In this document: positions 1 to 11,313 of the stretch, piece after piece
Layout of the letters: each line of letters begins with the position of its first letter
Numbering within the stretch: position 1 is the stretch's first letter
DNA from: an uncultured delta proteobacterium
GTDB lineage: Bacteria; Myxococcota_A; Polyangia; Haliangiales; Haliangiaceae
Direction: 5' to 3'
NCBI GenBank assembly: GCA_963848295.1
Contig: CAWKDB010000010.1
Span: 1,920,001 to 1,984,000 of the forward strand
Length of the DNA stretch: 64,000 nucleotides
The notes under the pieces: generated by a model
Told to the model about the DNA's origin: nothing
What the model saw: the letters and a program-made list of their open reading frames with translations, nothing else
Database searches by the model: none
Translations under genes and position numbers: made by a program

Positions 1-88
1 GGCCGTGTAGGTCGGGTCTCCGTGTTGCCCAGCTAGTCGAACTGCAAACTCACCTAGCACTTCATTGTCTGTCGGTGGCGTACCGCCC

Positions 89-193
89 GACGTCCAAAAA
101 AAAGTAGCAAGCTTGTTGGGGGAGACGCTGGCGGAGCCGACGGCGGAAGACTTCGCGCGCGGCCCGGAGACCTCCGCCCGGAGGCGCCGGTGA
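89..193 (+). pseudogene. 3' remnant of IS3-family OrfA (DVQKKVASLLG...) with A8G slippery site
   Basis: Reads DVQKKVASLLGETLAEP...RRRR* and ends in a TGATG overlap with orfB. AAAAAAAAG lies at 96-104, and the -1 frame is open into orfB. Sequence upstream of 89 does not resemble OrfA. Confidence 0.7.
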
Positions 194-1335
194 TGCAGGG
201 GCTCGTGTCTCTGATCCCGATCGTCGGCATCATCGCCGCGTGTCTTGCGCTCGGTGTGAACCGCGCGAGCTACTACCGCGCGCAGAAGCCGAAGGCACCG
301 GCGCAGCGGCGGCCACGGCCGGCTCGCGCACTCGGAGAGGACGAGCGCGCCCACGTGCTCGCCGTGCTCGACAGCGATCCGTTCATGGACAAGGCGCCTG
401 CGCAGGTCTACGCGAAGCTGCTCGAAGACGGCGAGTACCTGTGCTCGACGCGCACGATGTACCGCGTTCTCGATGACGCCAGCCAGGTGCGTGAACGCCG
501 CGCGCAGCGCCGGCACCCCGAGTACGTCAAGCCCCAGCTCGTCGCGACCGCACCGAACCAGGTGTGGACGTGGGACACGACCAAGCTGCCTGGCCCGGTG
601 AAGGGCACGTACTACACGCTGTACGTCATCCTCGACCTGTTCAGCCGCTACGTCGTCGGCTGGCAGATCGCCAAGAGCGAGTCGGCGAAGATCGCGCAGC
701 GCCTCATCGCGGCGTGCTGCGAACAGCAGCGGGTGGTGCGCGGTCAGCTGACGGTACACGCGGACCGCGGCTCGCCGATGATCGCGAAATCGACCGCGCA
801 GCTCTACGTCGATCTCGGCATCGCGCAGAGCCACAGCAGGCCGCACGTCTCGAACGACAACCCGTACTCCGAGGCGGGCTTCAAGACCATCAAGTACCGA
901 CCGGAGATGCCCGAGCGCTTCGGTTCCATCGAGCACGCGCGTGCTGTGATGGCTCCGCTCCTCGGCTGGTACAACACGGCGCACTACCACACCGGCCTCG
1001 CGCTGCTCACGCCGGCCGATGTCCACCATGGTCGCGCGCCCGCCATCGTCGCCGCGCGGCAGCTCGTGCTCGACGCCGCGCACCTCCGTCACCCCGAGCG
1101 CTTCGTGAACGGCCGACCGATCCAGAAGTCGCCGCCACCCGCCGCGTGGATCAACCCGCCGCCAATGGATCAGATCGGGAGCGCGGATCGGATCACGGAT
1201 CGGATCGCGATCACGGATCTGATCACATCCGCGGATCGGATCGAGGAGGTCGCTGCTCACAAAATACGTGCGAGCGCCGTCTCAAAGTCGTTGACACGCA
1301 CCGACACGAAGATCCGGACGGGCTCGCACACGTAG
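190..1335 (+). CDS. IS3-family transposase OrfB (integrase core, DDE)
   Basis: PNQVWTWDTT, LDLFSRYVVGW, HADRGS, SNDNPYSEAGFKTIKY and WYN motifs. Confidence 0.93.
   Translation: MMQGLVSLIPIVGIIAACLALGVNRASYYRAQKPKAPAQRRPRPARALGEDERAHVLAVLDSDPFMDKAPAQVYAKLLEDGEYLCSTRTMYRVLDDASQVRERRAQRRHPEYVKPQLVATAPNQVWTWDTTKLPGPVKGTYYTLYVILDLFSRYVVGWQIAKSESAKIAQRLIAACCEQQRVVRGQLTVHADRGSPMIAKSTAQLYVDLGIAQSHSRPHVSNDNPYSEAGFKTIKYRPEMPERFGSIEHARAVMAPLLGWYNTAHYHTGLALLTPADVHHGRAPAIVAARQLVLDAAHLRHPERFVNGRPIQKSPPPAAWINPPPMDQIGSADRITDRIAITDLITSADRIEEVAAHKIRASAVSKSLTRTDTKIRTGSHT
1168..1242. repeat. GATC micro-repeat tract (11 GATC in 75 bp)
   Basis: Counted directly in GGATCAGATCGG...GGATCGGATC. Confidence 0.75.
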
Positions 1336-1491
1336 TGTCGCATACCGGTTGTACCAAGCCAGTAACAGCGTGGTTCGCACGCACGCACGAGCTCGAGTCC
1401 GCGTTGGTGAGCTCGAGTTGACCGATCGCGTGATGCAATCTCGCACACCCGATGTCGGGAGCGAGCGGTAGCGACGCGTGCCGTCGTCGAT

Positions 1492-2775
1492 CTGAGATAT
1501 CCCCTCAGATCAGCCCGAACACAGCGCGGAAAATTTCCTGCTGCCGAACGATGTGGTCGAACGATTTCATGAGCGGCGCGAGCTTCTCGTCTCCCATGTA
1601 CGGAATGGCCTCGTAGAGGTGAATGCCTTGGTTGAGGAGCGACATGGTGCGCTTCTTCGAGGTGTTGGTTTTCATCAGCCGATCGAGTCCGCACGCCTCG
1701 CCGGCGGCGCCGAGCAACGTCAGCAACGCCTGTGCGACTGCCGCCAGAAGCAGCAAGCGGTCCCGGCGATCCGTGGTGCCGATGTGCGTCGCCGATAGCC
1801 CCATGCCGAAGCGAAAGTTCTTCTGGTCGCGAAACGTTTCTTCGATCGTGAACCGTCGGCCGTACAGCTTCACGATCTCTGCGGCCTTGAGCTCGCTCAG
1901 CGTCGTCGCTAGGCACCACGCCTCCTTCATCCTCTTGGCGTGCATGACGACAACCGCCGGCACTTCGGCGCGCGTGCGCGTGACTCGAGCCCCGCGCAGG
2001 ATCAGGGCGCGACCGTTGTCTGGCACCCACGCGTTCGCCGTCTTCCGAGTTCCCGTTGCGTCCTCGACCTGAATCGCTCCTCGAAAGCGGATAACGAAAT
2101 CCCAGCCGAGCGTCTGCAGGAACCGATACAGCTTCTGATCGCCGAAGCCGCGATCCGCCAGCACTGTGATCTTCACGTCGGGCGCGACGCAGTCGTGCAG
2201 CCGTTCGAGCAACCGATACTCGTGGTCATTCCGCTTGTTCTTGAGCGTGGTCTTGCTCACCGTCATCCAGATCAACGGGGTCGCCCGCCCATGGCTGGTG
2301 ATCAGGTAGCCCGCCAGCGTCGCGTGGTCGTCGCCATCGAACTCTGTCCAGTCGAGCGCGACGACGATCTCCTTGCGCTCTGCGACGACAAACTGGGCCC
2401 ACGGTCGGAACAACGTCCACACGTCGATGCCCGGGTTTCCGAGCAAACGATCGGTCTGCTTCACCCCGTGCTTCTTGTCGTTGTTGGTGACGCGCGCGTA
2501 TCCACGACCGATCGCGTGGATCGACAGCACCGCTGCGTCGACGGTGCCCACGACACCGTTCGCCAACGACAGCACGCGCATCGCATGCAGATCATCACCG
2601 AAGATTTGGTGCACCGTCTTCGCGACTTCCAGCGGGTCTCGAACAAACTCTGTCATCGATCGACGGCTCATCATGCCGCTCGAACCGACGCGCGAGCTCC
2701 GAAATTCCGCCTCAGCTGGGAAAAATCCGGAGCGCTTTCGATCACCTACGCCGCCAAAGCGAGGGGATCCATCAG
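1492..2775 (-). mobile_element. IS4-family (IS10 group) insertion sequence, 1284 bp, intact
   Basis: Terminal inverted repeats CTGAGATATCCCCTC and CTGATGGATCCCCTC resemble the IS10 ends. A perfect 9-bp direct repeat GTCGTCGAT flanks it at 1483-1491 and 2776-2784. Confidence 0.93.
1505..2674 (-). CDS. IS4-family DDE transposase
   Basis: VALDWT, LADRGF and the YREK-like signature YGRRFTIEETFRDQK. Confidence 0.93.
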   Translation of the reverse strand: MMSRRSMTEFVRDPLEVAKTVHQIFGDDLHAMRVLSLANGVVGTVDAAVLSIHAIGRGYARVTNNDKKHGVKQTDRLLGNPGIDVWTLFRPWAQFVVAERKEIVVALDWTEFDGDDHATLAGYLITSHGRATPLIWMTVSKTTLKNKRNDHEYRLLERLHDCVAPDVKITVLADRGFGDQKLYRFLQTLGWDFVIRFRGAIQVEDATGTRKTANAWVPDNGRALILRGARVTRTRAEVPAVVVMHAKRMKEAWCLATTLSELKAAEIVKLYGRRFTIEETFRDQKNFRFGMGLSATHIGTTDRRDRLLLLAAVAQALLTLLGAAGEACGLDRLMKTNTSKKRTMSLLNQGIHLYEAIPYMGDEKLAPLMKSFDHIVRQQEIFRAVFGLI

Positions 2776-3351
2776 GTCGTCGATGCCATCCGGAGCGCCA
2801 TGTGCGACGTAGCTGAAGAGCTGCTTCGACACCGCTTCAACCCGACGTTTCAGGAGATCACCGCGAGTCCACACGGTGTATCGCGCCTCAGCGACTCGGG
2901 CCGAGTGAAGGTCCGACCGTAGCGACCGTCGAGACTCATGCGAATCACGTGATCTGGAATGTGATTCGAGCTGCCGCTACGTCGTCGATGCACTGTGCTG
3001 GTTCGATTCGCGCGTTTCGAAGTGAGCGATCGCGCCGCCGATCATTAAGAGCACTCTCCAACCGAACGAATCGTTGGGCCGAGCGCGACGAACGGCGTGA
3101 CGGTCTGGCGAGCTCGAGCTCATCGCGATCGTCGCTGACGTCGCCGCGGGTCATGGTGGGGCGACACCACTTCAGCGCGGAAGGCCCCCTCGCGCGACCG
3201 GCGCCGCGACGGTGGCAGACGTGTATGCGGATCCGCTCGTCGGGCGATTTCGCTCGGAACCGCGCCGTCGAAACCCCGCGTACGAGGTCCTTTGGAGGCA
3301 CGAGGCATGCAGTCAGCCCAAGCCACTTTGCCCTTGACCGTGAAGCTCGCA

Positions 3352-3760
3352 ATGACACGCAACGAGGTCAGCGCGAGCAACGCGATCGATGCCGATGTCA
3401 TGAATGCGAGCAACCGCGGAAGGCTCGAGACTACGTTCGATCACTTCGTACGTCACGCCGATCCGTACACCTGCTTCATCGCGGATCCCGACGACATCGA
3501 GTGCGCGACGTTGCATCACGAGATCGATCGACTCGGACTCACGAACCGCGCCGGCGCGGGCTTCGAAGCCAGCTTCGATCCAACGTTTCCCGAGACACCG
3601 CCAATCCACATGGCTGGGTCGCGCCGCCTCGGCTCGGGCTGAACGAAGAAGGCCGATCGTGCTGATGATCGAGAATCATTCGATTGGACCGATCTGGAAC
3701 GTGATCCGACGCTCGGCCGACGTCCCCTTCTCGTCGGCTGCACCGATCGCGCATCGCGAG
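3352..3760 (+). pseudogene. Second glucoamylase-like remnant: N-terminus fused to C-terminus by a large internal deletion, then frameshifted
   Basis: TFDHFVRHADP..IAD joins directly to IECATLHHEIDRLGL..GFEASFDPTFP. NPHGWVAP.RLGLNE and PIVLMIENH..IW follow in shifted frames. All match the 38921-40234 protein. Confidence 0.8.
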
Positions 3761-3810
3761 TCCAACGCGGAGACGCGTCGCCTCCCGCGGGAGACCGCCT
3801 AGAGGTCCGG

Positions 3811-4455
3811 ATGGCAGCGCTGTTCCCACCGTGGACGAACACGGCAACCCGGGTCGCGCTGGCAGTGCTCTCGCTGGGCGCGGCCGGCGCGCTCGCCGCG
3901 CCGATGATCTACGCGCGCATGCCGTTCGCGACCGGGCAGAACAATCCGCTCCTCCAGCCGGTGCAGTTCGATCACCGTCATCACGTGCGCGACGACGGCA
4001 TCGATTGCCGATATTGCCACGGTGCCGCCGGGCACGCGCCCTACGCCGGCGTTCCCGCGACCGAGGTCTGCCTCGGTTGTCACAACCAGATCTGGAACGA
4101 CAGCACGTTGCTCGCTCCCGTGCGCGAGAGCGCAGCCTCCGGACGGCCGATCGCATGGCAACGCGTCCACTCGCTGCCCGACTTTGTCTACTTCGATCAC
4201 TCGATCCACGTCAACAAAGGCATCGGTTGCGTGTCGTGTCACGGCCGCGTCGATGAGATGGCCGCGGTCTATCAAGTGGCGCCGCTGACGATGGGGTGGT
4301 GTCTCGATTGTCATCGCGATCCCGTGCCGAACCTCCGACCGCGCGATCAGATCACGAGCATGACCTGGCAGCCGGCGAGCTCCGACGTCACGGCCGCGCT
4401 CGCGAGCCAGTACGGGACCCGAAGTCTCACCAACTGCACGACGTGCCACCGATGA
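3811..4455 (+). CDS. actA: Alternative complex III pentaheme cytochrome c subunit
   Basis: N-terminal TM helix and five CxxCH motifs (CRYCH, CLGCH, CVSCH, CLDCH, CTTCH). Confidence 0.93.
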   Translation: MAALFPPWTNTATRVALAVLSLGAAGALAAPMIYARMPFATGQNNPLLQPVQFDHRHHVRDDGIDCRYCHGAAGHAPYAGVPATEVCLGCHNQIWNDSTLLAPVRESAASGRPIAWQRVHSLPDFVYFDHSIHVNKGIGCVSCHGRVDEMAAVYQVAPLTMGWCLDCHRDPVPNLRPRDQITSMTWQPASSDVTAALASQYGTRSLTNCTTCHR

Positions 4456-7358
4456 CCCGAGATCACGACGAAGACGATCGCGCACCGATCCAGACGGGTC
4501 GAGGCTGGGCCGGCGTCGCAGCGCTCGTCCGGCTCGGCGCGGCGGACCGCGGTTGGCGCGAGCCCGATGTTGCCGAAGGTCTCGACCAGATCAGTCGCCG
4601 CAGCTTGTTCAAGTGGATCGGGGGCAGTGCGGCGCTCGCGGGGTTGGCATCGTGCTCGTCGCGACCTGCACGCGACATCCGGCCGTACGTGCATCAGCCG
4701 CCCGAGCTAACACCCGGAGTCGCGCAATACTACGCGACCGCATTCGTCGAGGATGGCTTCGCGACCGGCATGGTGGTCGAAGCGCACGAAGGGCGCCCCA
4801 CCAAGGTCGAGGGCAATCCCGATCACCCGGCCAGCCTCGGCGCCACGCGCGCGATCGACCAGGCCGCCGTACTGTCTCTGTTCGATCCTCAGCGCGTGCG
4901 CGCGATCACCGATCGCGGTGTGCCTGGCACGTGGGACGATATCGAGCGTTTTCTCGCGGCCGCACGCGCCGACGCAGGCGCCGGGCTCCACGTGGTGCTC
5001 GAACCGACGAGCTCGCCGATCGTGATCGAGCTGCTCGGTCAGGTGCGAGCCAAGCTACCTCGCGCGACCGTCACGTTCTGGGCACCCTTCGCGCTCCGCG
5101 CGTCGCTCGCCGGCAACGCGATCGCGTTCGGCCGACCGTTACAGACCCAGCTCGATCTGCGCCGCGCGGACGTGATCGTCGCGCTCGATGCCGACCTGCT
5201 CGGCGAGCATCCGATGGGCCTGGCCTACGCGCGGCAGCTTACCGACCGCAGGCGCGTCGATGGTCCCCATGCCGCGATGAGTCGGGTTTATGCGGTCGAA
5301 GCCACCCACACCACGACCGGCACGCTTGCAGATCATCGTATCCGACTGCGCAGCGGCGAGGTCGAAGCGATCGCGCGCGAGCTCGCAGCGGAGCTCGCGG
5401 CACGAGGCATCGAGGGGCTGCCGACGACGCCTCGCCCGACGGGCGGTCGCGCGCGCTGGCTCGGTGCGATCGCGGCCGACCTCGTGCAAGCGCGCGGGCG
5501 CTCGGTGGTGATCGCCGGCGAGCGTCAGCCCGCGATCGTGCACGCGATCGTCGCGGCGATCGATCACGCACTCGGCAATGTCGGTGCGACGGTCACGTAT
5601 AGCGAGCCGGTCGTGTTCGAGGCGGGCGGACCGAGTCACGAGCTCGACGCGCTCGCAGCCGCGTTGACCGCTGGCACGGCGACGTCACTGTTGATCCTCG
5701 GCGGTAATCCCGCCTACACCGCGCCTGCACAGCTCGATCTCGCCCGCGCCATCGCACGAGCTCCGAGCCTGTACCTCGGCCTGTATGCGAACGAGACGGC
5801 GCAGGCCTGTCGCTACGTCGTGCCCGCGCAACACGTGCTCGAACAGTGGGACCTCGCGCGCGCGTTCGACGGGACGCTCACCCCGATCCAGCCGTTGATC
5901 GAGCCGCTGTTCGGCGGTCACTCGACGAGTGACGTCCTCGCCGCGCTGGTCGGCGCGCCCGCGATGCGCGCGCGCGATCGCGCGCACACCGCATGGACAC
6001 GCATGGTCCCCGCGATGAACTTCGCCGCCGGCCTCGCGCTCGGCCGCGCTCGCGACCCGGCGACCGTCGTCGCGGTCTCCGCACCCGCCGCGATCGCAGG
6101 CGCGGCCAGCGAGCCATTCGCGCTCGAGCTCGACGTCCGACCACACCCGATGGTCTACGACGGGCGCCACACGAACAACCCGTGGTTGTTAGAGCTCCCC
6201 GAGCCGATCACGAAGCTGACGTGGGACAACGCCGCGCAGGTCTCACCGCAAACCGCGGCGCGGCTGGGGATCGAGACCGGCGACGTGATCGCGCTGGGTG
6301 TCGACGGCATCTCCCTCGACGTGCCTGCGATCGTCGTGCCCGGTCACGCCGACGAAGCGGTCACGCTACACGCCGGCTACGGCCGGAGCGGGGACGAACG
6401 AATCGCGCACGGCATCGGCGCGAATGCCTTCGCGCTGTGGCGCGGTCCGTTCCAGTCCGCGGTGACGGTGACGACACGCGACGCGCATCGCGAGCTCGCG
6501 ATCACGCAGGAGCACTGGCGGATGGAGCATCGTCCGATCGCGCTGTCGGGCAAGCTCGCCGACCTCGGCAGCGGGCCCTGGCTCGCCGAGCTCGCCACGC
6601 ATCGCGGCGATCCTCCGAGCCTGCTCGCGAGGTTCCCGACGCAAGGCGAGCAGTGGGCGATGTCGATCGATCTCACCAGTTGCAGCGGCTGCTCCGCGTG
6701 CGTGATGGCATGTGCGGCCGAGAACAACACGCCGGTCGTCGGTCGCACGCAGGTCCTGAACAGCCGCGAGATGCACTGGCTGCGCATCGATCGCTACGTC
6801 GATGACGGGAGCGCTCCCGGTGACCCGGTGATCGCGGTCCAGCCCATGCTGTGCCAGCACTGCGAGGACGCGCCGTGCGAGTACGTGTGCCCGGTCGAGG
6901 CGACGACCCACAGCCCCGACGGCCTCAACGAGATGGTCTACAACCGCTGCGTCGGCACGCGGTTCTGCTCGAACAACTGCCCGTATAAGGTCCGCCGCTT
7001 CAACTGGTTCGACTTCAAGCAGCACGATGGCTTGCAGATCCTCGCGCGCAACCCCGACGTCACGGTTCGCGATCGCGGCGTGATGGAGAAGTGCACGTAC
7101 TGCGTGCAGCGGATTCGCCGCACCGAGATCGACGCACGCATCGCCGGCCGACCGATCGGAGCGACCGAGGTTCGCACCGCCTGCCAGCAAGCCTGCCCGA
7201 CCCAGGCGATCAGCTTCGGCTCGATCACCAACGCGACCTCGACGGTCACCGAGCAACGCACGCGCCCGCATAGCTACGAGGTGCTGCACGATCAAGGCAC
7301 GCGGCCGCGGACGACGTACCTCGCCCGGATCCGCAATCCGAACCCGGAGCTCGGATGA
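4452..7358 (+). CDS. actB: Alternative complex III molybdopterin-oxidoreductase-like / Fe-S subunit
   Basis: ATGA overlap with actA, Tat motif SRRSLFK, lipobox [18 protein letters not shown], and C-terminal ferredoxin Cys motifs ([32 protein letters not shown]). Confidence 0.93.
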   Translation: MTRDHDEDDRAPIQTGRGWAGVAALVRLGAADRGWREPDVAEGLDQISRRSLFKWIGGSAALAGLASCSSRPARDIRPYVHQPPELTPGVAQYYATAFVEDGFATGMVVEAHEGRPTKVEGNPDHPASLGATRAIDQAAVLSLFDPQRVRAITDRGVPGTWDDIERFLAAARADAGAGLHVVLEPTSSPIVIELLGQVRAKLPRATVTFWAPFALRASLAGNAIAFGRPLQTQLDLRRADVIVALDADLLGEHPMGLAYARQLTDRRRVDGPHAAMSRVYAVEATHTTTGTLADHRIRLRSGEVEAIARELAAELAARGIEGLPTTPRPTGGRARWLGAIAADLVQARGRSVVIAGERQPAIVHAIVAAIDHALGNVGATVTYSEPVVFEAGGPSHELDALAAALTAGTATSLLILGGNPAYTAPAQLDLARAIARAPSLYLGLYANETAQACRYVVPAQHVLEQWDLARAFDGTLTPIQPLIEPLFGGHSTSDVLAALVGAPAMRARDRAHTAWTRMVPAMNFAAGLALGRARDPATVVAVSAPAAIAGAASEPFALELDVRPHPMVYDGRHTNNPWLLELPEPITKLTWDNAAQVSPQTAARLGIETGDVIALGVDGISLDVPAIVVPGHADEAVTLHAGYGRSGDERIAHGIGANAFALWRGPFQSAVTVTTRDAHRELAITQEHWRMEHRPIALSGKLADLGSGPWLAELATHRGDPPSLLARFPTQGEQWAMSIDLTSCSGCSACVMACAAENNTPVVGRTQVLNSREMHWLRIDRYVDDGSAPGDPVIAVQPMLCQHCEDAPCEYVCPVEATTHSPDGLNEMVYNRCVGTRFCSNNCPYKVRRFNWFDFKQHDGLQILARNPDVTVRDRGVMEKCTYCVQRIRRTEIDARIAGRPIGATEVRTACQQACPTQAISFGSITNATSTVTEQRTRPHSYEVLHDQGTRPRTTYLARIRNPNPELG

Positions 7359-8721
7359 GCGAGACCGCGCTCGCAGCCAGCGACGAGATCCTGATCGGTC
7401 GCCCCGACGATGCGCAGCTCTCCGATCAGCTGCTGTCGACGACTTGGCGGCCGTGGACGCGCGGCTGGAAGATCGCGTTCGCGGTATGCGGCACGCTCAC
7501 GCTGTTGCTCGCCACCGCGGTGACGCTGACCGTGACTCGCGGCATCGGCATGTGGGGCAACAACATCCCCAACGCGTGGGGCTTCGGGATCATCAACTTC
7601 GTGTGGTGGATCGGCATCGGTCACGCCGGCACGTTCATCTCGGCGATCCTGCTCGTGCTCGAGCAGAACTGGCGAACCTCGATCAATCGATTCACCGAAG
7701 GCATGACGCTGTTCGCGGTGATGCAGGCCGGGCTGTTCCCACTCCTCCATCTCGGCCGGCCGTGGTTCGCCTACTGGCTGTTCCCTTACCCGAGCGTGAT
7801 GACCACGTGGCCGCAGGTGCGCAGCGCGCTGCCGTGGGACGCGGCCGCGGTCTCGACGTATTTCCTCGTCTCGCTGATGTTCTGGTACCTCGGTATGGTT
7901 CCCGATCTCGCCGCGTTGCGCGATCGCTCGCCGACCCGCCGGCGCCGCATCATCTACGGCATCTTCGCGCTCGGCTGGCGCGGCTCGGTTCAACAATGGC
8001 GCCACCACAAGGTCGCCTACCTGCTGCTCGCCGGCCTCGCGACGCCGCTCGTCGTCTCGGTCCACTCGATCGTCAGCCTCGACTTCGCGATCACCGGCCT
8101 GCCCGGCTGGCACTCGACGATCTTCCCGCCATTCTTCGTCGCCGGCGCGATCTTCTCGGGCTTCGCGCTCGTGATGACGCTGATCATTCCCGCGCGGCGC
8201 GTGTTCAAGCTCCACAACGTGATCACCGCGGCGCACCTCGACGCGATGGCCAAGATGATGCTCGTCATGAGCCACATCGCGTTCTACTCGTACCTGATCG
8301 AGTTCTTCGTCGCGTGGTACTCCGGCGACAAGTTCGAGATCTATCAAGCGTTGGTCAATCGCCCGACCGGTTGGTACGCGTGGACGTACTGGACGATGAT
8401 CTTCTGCAACTGCGTCGTCACCCAGCTGTTCTGGTCACGGCGGATGCGCCGCAACCTGTGGGTCCTGTTCGGCGTGACGCTGCTGATCAACCTCGGGATG
8501 TGGCTCGAGCGCTTCGAGATCATCGTCGTCTCCCTGTCGCGCGACTTTCTGCCTTCGAGCTGGCACGTGTTCGTGCCGTCGTGGGTCGACCTCAGCCTGC
8601 TCGCCGGGACGCTCGGCTTCTTCGGCCTGTTGTTCTTGTTGTTCTTGCGGTTCATCCCGTTCATCCCGGTCGCCGAGATGAAGCACATGCGCGCCGAGCT
8701 CCAGCGCGGCGAGAAGGTCAC

Positions 8722-8725
<4 letters not shown>
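7355..8725 (+). CDS. actC: Alternative complex III NrfD/PsrC-like quinol-binding membrane subunit
   Basis: [18 protein letters not shown] and GWHSTIFPP motifs; multi-TM. Confidence 0.93.
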
Positions 8726-9254
<529 letters not shown>

Positions 9255-9258
<4 letters not shown>

Positions 9259-9839
9259 AGGTCATCGTGCTCGTCCTCGCGCTGGTCGCGTGCGACAACC
9301 ACGGCTCCACGCCGGATTGGTCGCGCATGATCACGCAGCCCAAGCTGCTGCCGTTCGGCGCGACCTCGCAATTCGCGGACGGGGCGGCGATGCGCCCGGT
9401 ACCGGCGGGCACGATCACGCGTGACTGGATCGCCGACGGCGCCGTCCGCGATGGTGTCATGGGCTCCGGCGCGCCGGTCGAGGTGATCCCGATCGCGATC
9501 ACCCGGCCCTTGCTCGAGCGCGGCCGCGAGCGCTTCGAGATCGTGTGCGCGGCCTGCCACGGTATCGCCGGCGACGGCGACAGCGCCGTCGCACACAACA
9601 TGCAGCGCCGGCGCCCGCCATCGTTCCACGAGCCGCGCTTGGTCGCGCTCTCGCCGGGCGAGCTCTATCGCACGATCGTCGACGGCTACGGCCTGATGCC
9701 TTCGTACGCGGCAATGATCAGCGTCGACGATCGCTGGGCGGTCATCGCATACGTGCGAACGCTGCAGCGCGCGTGGCAGCTCGACCTGCAAACGCTGCCA
9801 CCGGCCGAGGCGGCCGAGATCGTCGAGAGCTTACCGTGA
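9255..9839 (+). CDS. actE: Alternative complex III monoheme cytochrome c lipoprotein
   Basis: Lipobox LVAC, M..QPK, CAACH, MPSY and DRWAVIAYVR motifs. Confidence 0.9.
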
Positions 9840-10987
9840 GCCGTCGCGCGCTGTTGATCGCCTCGCTCGTGCTCGGGACCCTCGGGACGATCGGCATGGC
9901 GATCGGTTTTGTCGTCGAGCCGACGCAGGCCGCGTTCTCGTACCTCACCGCGTGGGTGTACGCGGTGTCGATCGCGCTCGGCGCGCTGATCTTCCTGCTG
10001 ATCGCGCACGCTACGCAGGGCAAGTGGTTCATCGTGTTTCGCCGACTCGCCGAAGCGATCACGAGCAGCCTGCCCGCGCTCGCGATCGGCTTCATCCCGA
10101 TCGCGCTCGTGCTCGGCCGGATCTACGTGTGGGTCGATCCTTCGCCGGCCCTCGGCCACGACGCGCTGCTCACGATCGCGCACAAGGCGCCGTATCTGAA
10201 TCCGACGTTCTTTATCGTTCGCGCCGCGATCTTCTTCACGTTCTGGATCGTCCTCGCCGAGCTGCTGACCCGATGGGCCGCGCGTTCTGATCGCGACCTC
10301 GCGAGCCACCTCTATCGATTGCGTGCGCTGGCATGCGGTGCACTGCCGGCGGTCGCACTGACCCTCACGTTCGCCGCGTTCGACTGGCTGATGTCGATGA
10401 CGCCGCTGTGGTACTCGACCGTGTTCGGCTTGTTGTACTTCTCGGGCGGCTTCGTCGCGGCGCTAGCGGCGCTCGCCGTGATCTCGCGCGACGCCCGCCG
10501 GGTGCCGGACGTCGACTCGAGCATCCACCCGAGTCATACCGGTGCCCTCGGGCGCTTGCTGTTCGCGTTCCTCGTGTTCTGGGCTTACATGGAGTTCGCG
10601 CAGGGCCTGATCATCTGGATCGCGAACAAGCCCGGCGAGGTGCCGTGGTACGTGGTGCGCGGCGCCACCGCGTGGGGCGCGGTGTTCGCGGTGCTGGTCG
10701 TCGGCCACTTCGCGCTGCCGTTCTTCATCCTGCTGTCGAAGCCGCTCAAGCGCAGAGCTACTCCGCTCGCGCTCGTCGGTTGGTGGTTGCTCCTCATGCA
10801 TTACGTCGACATCTACTGGATGGTGATGCCGGTCCTGCATCCGACGTTGGCGTTTCACTGGCTCGACGTGGCGGCGCCGCTCGCCGTCATCGGCTTCGCG
10901 ACGGCATTCGTCGTCGCTCGCAACCGCAACCCGCTCGCGACCGCCGATCCGCGATTCGCGGCCGCCGTGCGCTACGAGGGCTCGTGA
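9836..10987 (+). CDS. actF: Alternative complex III ActF membrane subunit
   Basis: AFDWLMSMTPLWYSTVFG and WAYMEFAQGLIIWIAN motifs; multi-TM. Confidence 0.9.
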   Translation: MSRRALLIASLVLGTLGTIGMAIGFVVEPTQAAFSYLTAWVYAVSIALGALIFLLIAHATQGKWFIVFRRLAEAITSSLPALAIGFIPIALVLGRIYVWVDPSPALGHDALLTIAHKAPYLNPTFFIVRAAIFFTFWIVLAELLTRWAARSDRDLASHLYRLRALACGALPAVALTLTFAAFDWLMSMTPLWYSTVFGLLYFSGGFVAALAALAVISRDARRVPDVDSSIHPSHTGALGRLLFAFLVFWAYMEFAQGLIIWIANKPGEVPWYVVRGATAWGAVFAVLVVGHFALPFFILLSKPLKRRATPLALVGWWLLLMHYVDIYWMVMPVLHPTLAFHWLDVAAPLAVIGFATAFVVARNRNPLATADPRFAAAVRYEGS

Positions 10988-11313
10988 GCGACCAAGAAGC
11001 CGATCAGATCCGGACGCGCGCGATCGTCGTCGTCGGGCTCGCAGGGCTCGCGATCACGCTGGCGCTGGTCGGCGTCGCGTGGCTGTTCGTCGTGGCCCCG
11101 GCCGCGCCTCGGCACACGCCGAGCGCTCCCTCGGTCTTGGAGCACGGGCTGTTCGTCCAGGCCTCGGGCGGCGCCGACGCGAACGCGCGCGGCGCCAAGC
11201 GGCTCGAAGTGTACCGCTGGATCGATCGGGCTCATCACGTCGCACGGATTCCGATCGACCGGGCGATCGATGCGGTGGTCGCGGATCCGGCCCTTATCGG
11301 AGGACATCGCTGA
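10984..11313 (+). CDS. Small single-TM ACIII-associated protein (ActG-like)
   Basis: Coupled to both neighbours; L..YRWIDR....RIPIDRAID motif. Confidence 0.75.
   Translation: MSDQEADQIRTRAIVVVGLAGLAITLALVGVAWLFVVAPAAPRHTPSAPSVLEHGLFVQASGGADANARGAKRLEVYRWIDRAHHVARIPIDRAIDAVVADPALIGGHR

Larger units (their letters stand above)
89..1303 (+). mobile_element. IS3-family element, left part missing; right end at about 1296-1303
   Basis: OrfA tail plus OrfB. GTCTCAAAGTCGTTGACA(CGCACCG) resembles an IS right end, and glucoamylase-like remnant sequence begins at 1304. Confidence 0.7.
1304..3030 (+). pseudogene. Decayed C-terminal part of a glucoamylase-like (GH144/PF10091-type) gene, with an internal inversion and an IS insertion
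   Basis: Matches to the intact gene at 38921-40234. Plus strand: EDPDGLAH ~ ENPHGFAH. Minus strand across the IS: VEAVSKQLFSYVAHGAPDGIDDGT ~ VDGVPREFFGYLARGAPFGPDDGT and LHHAIGQLEL ~ LHHAIERLEL. Plus strand again: FNPTF...PHG...IWNVIR ~ FNSTF...PHG...IWKMMK. Confidence 0.75.

Noticed and set aside
1304..3760. DGR template/variable repeats as the source of the glucoamylase-like copies
   Set aside because: Differences are not adenine-specific and include indels and an inversion; no reverse transcriptase is in the window.
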